Shown: piece by piece, positions 32,128 to 37,478 of the stretch
How positions within the stretch are numbered: the first letter of the stretch is position 1
Layout of the letters: every line of letters begins with the position of its first letter
Position numbers and translations under genes: made by a program
Source of the DNA: Aduncisulcus paluster
Taxonomy: Eukaryota
Assembly: GCA_024181965.1 (NCBI GenBank)
Contig: BQXS01012576.1
Location: forward strand, 1 to 37,478
Direction of reading: 5' to 3'
Length of the DNA: 37,478 nucleotides
The notes under the pieces: generated by a model
The model's input: only the letters and a program-made list of their open reading frames with translations
Database searches by the model: none
Told to the model about the DNA's origin: nothing

Positions 32128-35100
32128 TCATCCACTTATAACGAGGCGATTGATAATATTTCCACGAGCTTGGGGTGAAACACATTGTAATACAGCAGAT
32201 GTTGACAATTCTCTTCTTGTAAAAGGTTTAAGTATCGATCCTTTGAATAAACAAAATGATTGAGGCTTTTTCTTCCCAATGGATGTCCAAATTTCAGCAG
32301 AACTAGGAAATGGAACAAATACGAACTCGCCTTGAGCTTTTGTAGTTTGAGATCTATCTAAATCGGAGTCTTTGTCTTCAAGTCCATCATCTGAATCGCG
32401 AGATTTGACAAGTTCAGTTATGGATGTCCAAAGAGTTCTCTTGGGCTCACCTTCTGGAGAAGCGGGCAGTGTAGTCTTGGAAGAAGGTGTTTGAACTTCA
32501 GATTTCTTCCATAAATATCCTTGTATACTCACAAATTCAGGAAATAACCTTTCGCCTTTCCGAGGAATTCCAATCATTCTGGCCAATTTCTTCCCGGGTA
32601 TTGTTATAAATACTCTCGTTTTACGACTAGAACTTGAAATAAGGGATCGCTTAGGCCACTGAATGATGGACTCAGAAGATCCTCTTTGCGAAGATTTATA
32701 TGGATATTGATCACGAGCACTTCTGGACATTGAAGGAGCAAACGATGACCCAAGATCACTTGAATCCTCACTAGGACGTAGAGTTCCATGGGATCCATCG
32801 CCGGTGCTTGTTATCAGAGAGACAGCGCCACTCACAAAAGAGGATAATATTCCTGGCTTTGGTGGAGAAGCTGGAAGAGAGCACTTGATTGGAGTGATGG
32901 ATTCGTTCTCCGTTGCAAATGAATGTTCGAATCCACCGGAATTAGAAGAGCGGATGGAAATGTGGCTGGCATCCAAGATTCGAGGAAGACTCCGGCTTTT
33001 TGGAGGGGATATTGATGAAGTGGAGGAATGTTTGAAGTGGCATGATGCAATTTGAGTCGAATATATCATAGAATTGGGAGTTTCTTTTCCTTTCGGTTGC
33101 TGGGTTACTTTCTGTTGTTTTTTGGGAGGGGAAGGCAATGGTTTCTTCTTGTTCTTTCCTTTCTTTTTCTTGGGAGACTTTGGAGATTTTGACTCCTTGA
33201 ACGAATCAAAGCCCATTATTACAACGCTGGATTCATCATCAGAGTTTTCATACAAATGTGGAACCTTCTTCTGGGGTTGTGAACGAGCAGATGGTTTCTT
33301 CTTCTTCTTTTGAATTTCTATGTCTTTCTCTGGGAATGAGGATTCATAAGAATACTCATAATCACACTCCCGTGATAATGAGGGCATCGATACGATTGTA
33401 GAATCTATATCTTCCTGCTCGAGGGAACTATATTCAACAAAAGCATATTCATACTCATACTCATATTCTTCCCTTGGAGGAGGGATATATTTCTTTGGAC
33501 GCGCTCGTCGAGGACTGGGAGTGCGAGATGATTTACCATGCATTTTTCGAAAAGACCGATCGATATCATACTTTGAACTTAAATGTTTTTGATTCTTCCT
33601 TCCTTTTTTGTTTGTTGAGTGTTTGTTTTTCTTATTTCTAGAAGAATATTTGCTTCGCGAATGAGAATACTTGCTCTTTTTTCTTCTTTTTTTGGACTTT
33701 TCAGAAGCTGATGCATCACATGCCCAAAAACAACAGAATATCCCTGATTTGCCTGTGCATATCCATCGGAAAATGAAGATAGCAACAATAATAGCTCCAA
33801 TTTCATACAAAAAGGTTGTGTAGCAACGGAGGATCCAGAGACACTTAACGTTGAATAATCCACAACTTGACACACAATATCCTGGGAGACGACCATACCA
33901 CTCAGATGATTCATAACCAGGCTGATCGATGATACCATCGGAAGTGTCGGTGGCTTTTGGTGTGAACGTCACTACTTTTGTATCATACAGCTTGCTTGAT
34001 GAAGAAGATGATCGTAGATACACGGTGCACTCCATTTCTTCCGACAAAGGAGAGGTTGATGATATGGAAAAAGATCGTTGAACTTCTTGTTGAGCTTCAA
34101 TTCCAACAGTTTGGGAAGGTACGGTCATTATTTCTTCACTACATTCAGTAACAGACAATGAGAAATCAGCGTTAAGCAAAGAATCTTCGTTCTTAACAAC
34201 CACAATCATCTTTCCTTCTTCTGCGAGGGCTTCATACTCTTCAACATAAGCATCAGAGATACTGGCATCAGAGGCTTCATTGGTTACGAATGATATAGAA
34301 TCTGCTGCGAGCTCAATAAGCATCATTGTTGTTTGTTCTCCTGGGACGTCATATGTCAACGTATATGCAATAGATCCTTCTGTGTCTTGTTCTGTCTCGA
34401 CAGTGCACCCATCACCATAGATATCGACAAGATATAGCGGTTGTTCACTGTTATCGATTCGATCCAGATCAGAATCATACAGATCACTGGCTTGATTGGC
34501 AAGACAATCGCCTGCACTCGAGTTTGAACATGTCTGTGTGTTAAAAGCAGTGAAGGAAGTTCCAACCCGATTACATAGACTTCCATCCAATGAGATATTC
34601 TGATCTGAAATTATCAACCAAGCATCCTTACCGAGAGCAACAAGATCATCATCAGATGGAAACATGGGAGCAAGGAGATACTTATTCACTGGACTTTTCT
34701 TGAGTGCTGTGGCTTCAAAATCACCGACAATTTTAAGAAAAACGTTTGAATCTGCAGAAGTAAGTTGAGTAAGGGATGGATCGAGTGTGAATGTCTGTGT
34801 TTCGGCAGTTGTTCCAGATCCAGTCGTTATGGAACAGGTGATCGAATAATAAATATCCTCATTTCCAATCAAAAATCCGGCATACCATAATTCAGACATT
34901 CGAAGACAATGGGCAAAATCTTTGAGAGTTGTAAGACCGCAAGTAATTCCACTTCTTAATTCTGTATCATATGTGTAAGCTTGACAATTACAACACATGC
35001 CCTCGGATCCATCGATAGCATTCATGTCTGAGTCATACGAATAGCCGCATGTTGGTTCAGATCCACTGTCGACACAAGGGCTGGTGAGATAATTGGAAGT

Positions 35101-35463
35101 TATGACCTCCTCATATACCCGAGAATTAAACATTTTCAAATATTGAAGTGGATACACAAATTGAGCTTGTGACTTCGAACACGAGACACTAATATTCGTT
35201 TCTACTGTGACTTCATTGTCATTTTCATCTGTAACACTGTCAATAACGGCTTCGACGGATGTTCCAATGGATGTGGAGTCAAGAGATAAGGATATTACAA
35301 CTTTTTGTTCACAATTTTGATCAATACCGGAATCAGAAGATGTATTAGTGCAACTTTCAAGTGTAGATGATGATAAAATTGAACATATAGAAAAATTTAA
35401 GAGAATCGAAAAAAATATGACAAGAAAAGAAATTCGAAGGGAAATAAAGTTCAAATAATTCAT
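32128..35463 (-). CDS. HAP2: HAP2/GCS1 gamete membrane fusogen (class II fusexin), 1111 aa, intronless
   Basis: Signal peptide; SSSTLESC...CEQKVVISL; YPLQYLKMFNSRVYEE; CVD...PTCG...SEGMCCNC; AHCLRMSELWY; core motif LDGSLCNRVGTSFTAFNTQTC...GDCLANQ; Ig-like domain III; one TM (~aa 549-568); Cys cluster and polybasic tail. Confidence 0.95.
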   Translation of the reverse strand: MNYLNFISLRISFLVIFFSILLNFSICSILSSSTLESCTNTSSDSGIDQNCEQKVVISLSLDSTSIGTSVEAVIDSVTDENDNEVTVETNISVSCSKSQAQFVYPLQYLKMFNSRVYEEVITSNYLTSPCVDSGSEPTCGYSYDSDMNAIDGSEGMCCNCQAYTYDTELRSGITCGLTTLKDFAHCLRMSELWYAGFLIGNEDIYYSITCSITTGSGTTAETQTFTLDPSLTQLTSADSNVFLKIVGDFEATALKKSPVNKYLLAPMFPSDDDLVALGKDAWLIISDQNISLDGSLCNRVGTSFTAFNTQTCSNSSAGDCLANQASDLYDSDLDRIDNSEQPLYLVDIYGDGCTVETEQDTEGSIAYTLTYDVPGEQTTMMLIELAADSISFVTNEASDASISDAYVEEYEALAEEGKMIVVVKNEDSLLNADFSLSVTECSEEIMTVPSQTVGIEAQQEVQRSFSISSTSPLSEEMECTVYLRSSSSSSKLYDTKVVTFTPKATDTSDGIIDQPGYESSEWYGRLPGYCVSSCGLFNVKCLWILRCYTTFLYEIGAIIVAIFIFRWICTGKSGIFCCFWACDASASEKSKKRRKKSKYSHSRSKYSSRNKKNKHSTNKKGRKNQKHLSSKYDIDRSFRKMHGKSSRTPSPRRARPKKYIPPPREEYEYEYEYAFVEYSSLEQEDIDSTIVSMPSLSRECDYEYSYESSFPEKDIEIQKKKKKPSARSQPQKKVPHLYENSDDESSVVIMGFDSFKESKSPKSPKKKKGKNKKKPLPSPPKKQQKVTQQPKGKETPNSMIYSTQIASCHFKHSSTSSISPPKSRSLPRILDASHISIRSSNSGGFEHSFATENESITPIKCSLPASPPKPGILSSFVSGAVSLITSTGDGSHGTLRPSEDSSDLGSSFAPSMSRSARDQYPYKSSQRGSSESIIQWPKRSLISSSSRKTRVFITIPGKKLARMIGIPRKGERLFPEFVSIQGYLWKKSEVQTPSSKTTLPASPEGEPKRTLWTSITELVKSRDSDDGLEDKDSDLDRSQTTKAQGEFVFVPFPSSAEIWTSIGKKKPQSFCLFKGSILKPFTRRELSTSAVLQCVSPQARGNIINRLVISG

Positions 35464-35926
35464 AAAAATGGAGGGAAATAAAAAAAAATTTCAAGAAAAT
35501 GGGAGAAACTCATATCGAGAACAGTTTGGCACAATCAAAAAAAAGACAAATTCTAGAAAATTAGAACCAAATTTTAGAAAAAGTCTTCGCCACATCAAAA
35601 CGACTTTATGGACACTAAACCAATTATTTTCAACCCATTTGTAAAATGATAATAACTATGAAAGGAAAGAAATCATTATTTCATTACTATCACAAACAAC
35701 AGTAGAACAGATAAGAACTGAAGGAATATCATCACAATTATTACTTAAAGGATGATATATTCAATATTCATAAAATTAAATTGCAGCAAAACGGCTGTAT
35801 TATCAAGTCCATTTTTCTTTGCAATACCAAGTTTCATTTGTGATTTAAACCTTGTATTTGGATTTGAATTTCAGTTTTCTTTTTAATTTATCTTATTATA
35901 TATAATATTTCAATCATTCTGAACAA

Positions 35927-37478
35927 ATGTCTGATCACGGCGAAGATCATATTGATAGCCCATCTCAACCGGCTCATTTATATGTTTTACGGAAAGTAGC
36001 ATCCCAGACTCTGTTTGATGATGATGATTTTCCACTTTTTGGACCTCCAAGTGATTTTCAATCAGTTGGGGGCACTCAAGGTTCTTTATCAGGTACACCT
36101 GCCTTTTTACAACTTCAATTATCTAGTCCTGAATATACTTCCAAGCCTCCTGTTGATATTGATGGTGATATGGCTTCTGACAACCCCATGGCACAATTGC
36201 ATCGCCTTGCGATGGAACTTCAGTCTGTAGATAAGGAATCCCAGGAAAAAGAATACACAAAACCTACTTTTGATATACATGATCACTCTAAATCTCACTC
36301 TCGCTCTGGATCTCAAGATAGTCCATTGCCTATGGCACAAATTCGAAAAGAATCTAAGCGCATTGATGCCTCTCCTTCGCCAACCAAAACGCCTCCACAG
36401 ACTCCTTCTGTTGTCTTTTCAACCCTTCCCTCCCATCCTCCCTCGACACATGTTGATCCTCTCTCATTGTGTCCTTCCACTCTTTCTCAGCATTTAAACC
36501 TCATGGAAGACAATGACGGTGAAGGCTTACGCATTGTGGGATTGGATGAGAATGGTGAAGACGCGTCCACTTCAGGCAATAGTAGTCCAGGTGGTAATGA
36601 TGCTCGTAATACAGGAGGGAGTTATCCAATGGAATTGTTTGATCGTGAAAACGCTACAATTAGTGCTGGGGAGCGGCAGACAGATAGTTTGTCGCCTGAA
36701 CCCCATGTTGAGATACGTCCACAATTGATAAGTCGCCCCCCATCCTTCGATCTTCTCAAAGATCGATCTGGATCATTGATGCGTATATCCTCTTCTGATG
36801 AAACCACTACTCATCCGTCTGGTTCTCCCAAGAGCTCTCCCTCTCATCCAACTGATCCATCCGACACCAAGAAACACTCCATTCCAATCCATCCCCAGGC
36901 CATTCGGGATGCCATCCTTGGTGATTCAGCACAACACACATCCAGATCTTCGTCCATTCCTGACCTTCTATATGATCGCTCTTTGGGTCTTTCTTGCCGC
37001 ACTCCTCCTTCTTCAGGGAGATTTAAGGATGACAGTGCACAAGGTCATCAAAAGTCCTCCTCTTCTTCTTTTTCCTCCTCTTCTTTTTCCTCCTCTTCTT
37101 CCTCTATTCGTCGCTCTAGCTCCACTTCTACGCTTGTCAAGAATCATCACAGTCGGAGTGATATCAGAGCACCCTCTTCAACGCTCTCAACAGTGGATTC
37201 TATCCCTTCTCATGAAAGGGAAGATGGGAATACTATGGATGATATCAACCCCTTGTCTTCATTCACACCTCTCTCATTTATGCTAAATAGGATGTCAAAG
37301 TCCCATTCATCGCAATCATTCAGTAGAAACTATGATGGAATTTTAGGAGAACAAGAAAGCTTGGGGACAAAAACACTGACAAAAGAGGAGATTAGAGAAG
37401 AGATTGCAGCTCAGAAAGAACGACAAGATGAGCAAAAAAAATGGCAGTTCCTTCTTTCTGGTGGAACTCTTTCCGAGA
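35927..37478 (+). CDS. Ser/Pro/Asp-rich hypothetical protein, 3'-partial (>517 aa)
   Basis: Manual translation from ATG 35927 (MSDHGEDHIDSPSQ...) is open to the window end (...EEIAAQKERQDEQKKWQFLLSGGTLSE). Missing from the ORF track because it has no stop. Confidence 0.8.
   Translation, partial: MSDHGEDHIDSPSQPAHLYVLRKVASQTLFDDDDFPLFGPPSDFQSVGGTQGSLSGTPAFLQLQLSSPEYTSKPPVDIDGDMASDNPMAQLHRLAMELQSVDKESQEKEYTKPTFDIHDHSKSHSRSGSQDSPLPMAQIRKESKRIDASPSPTKTPPQTPSVVFSTLPSHPPSTHVDPLSLCPSTLSQHLNLMEDNDGEGLRIVGLDENGEDASTSGNSSPGGNDARNTGGSYPMELFDRENATISAGERQTDSLSPEPHVEIRPQLISRPPSFDLLKDRSGSLMRISSSDETTTHPSGSPKSSPSHPTDPSDTKKHSIPIHPQAIRDAILGDSAQHTSRSSSIPDLLYDRSLGLSCRTPPSSGRFKDDSAQGHQKSSSSSFSSSSFSSSSSSIRRSSSTSTLVKNHHSRSDIRAPSSTLSTVDSIPSHEREDGNTMDDINPLSSFTPLSFMLNRMSKSHSSQSFSRNYDGILGEQESLGTKTLTKEEIREEIAAQKERQDEQKKWQFLLSGGTLSE

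Noticed and set aside
1-37478. Alternative genetic code (TAA/TAG=Gln, as in hexamitid diplomonads)
   Set aside because: Conserved genes end at TAA or TAG at or near their expected C-termini (SEM1, RRB1, acyl-CoA synthetase, H2B) and contain no internal TAR codons.

Overview
Gene-dense, AT-rich eukaryotic genomic DNA in the standard genetic code. It has short intergenic spacers, a few GT-AG introns of 77-102 nt close to start codons, and three 20-N scaffold gaps. The gene content (flavodoxin-2x[4Fe-4S] fusion, bacterial-type MATE, divergent H2B) suggests an anaerobic or microaerophilic protist, plausibly a free-living fornicate/metamonad; this is inference only. Recognisable genes: MATE transporter, histone H2B, a spliced SEM1/DSS1 missed by the ORF track, RRB1/GRWD1, an EFR1-type flavodoxin-ferredoxin, an RRM protein, an AMP-forming acyl-CoA synthetase, acylphosphatase, and an intact HAP2/GCS1 gamete fusogen with a very long cytoplasmic tail. 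Two long ORFs run off the window ends. The most striking structural signal is five identical-copy duplications of ~250-425 bp in 37 kb. The three with fully resolved junctions are bounded by short microhomologies. No rRNA, tRNA, CRISPR or transposase was recognised.
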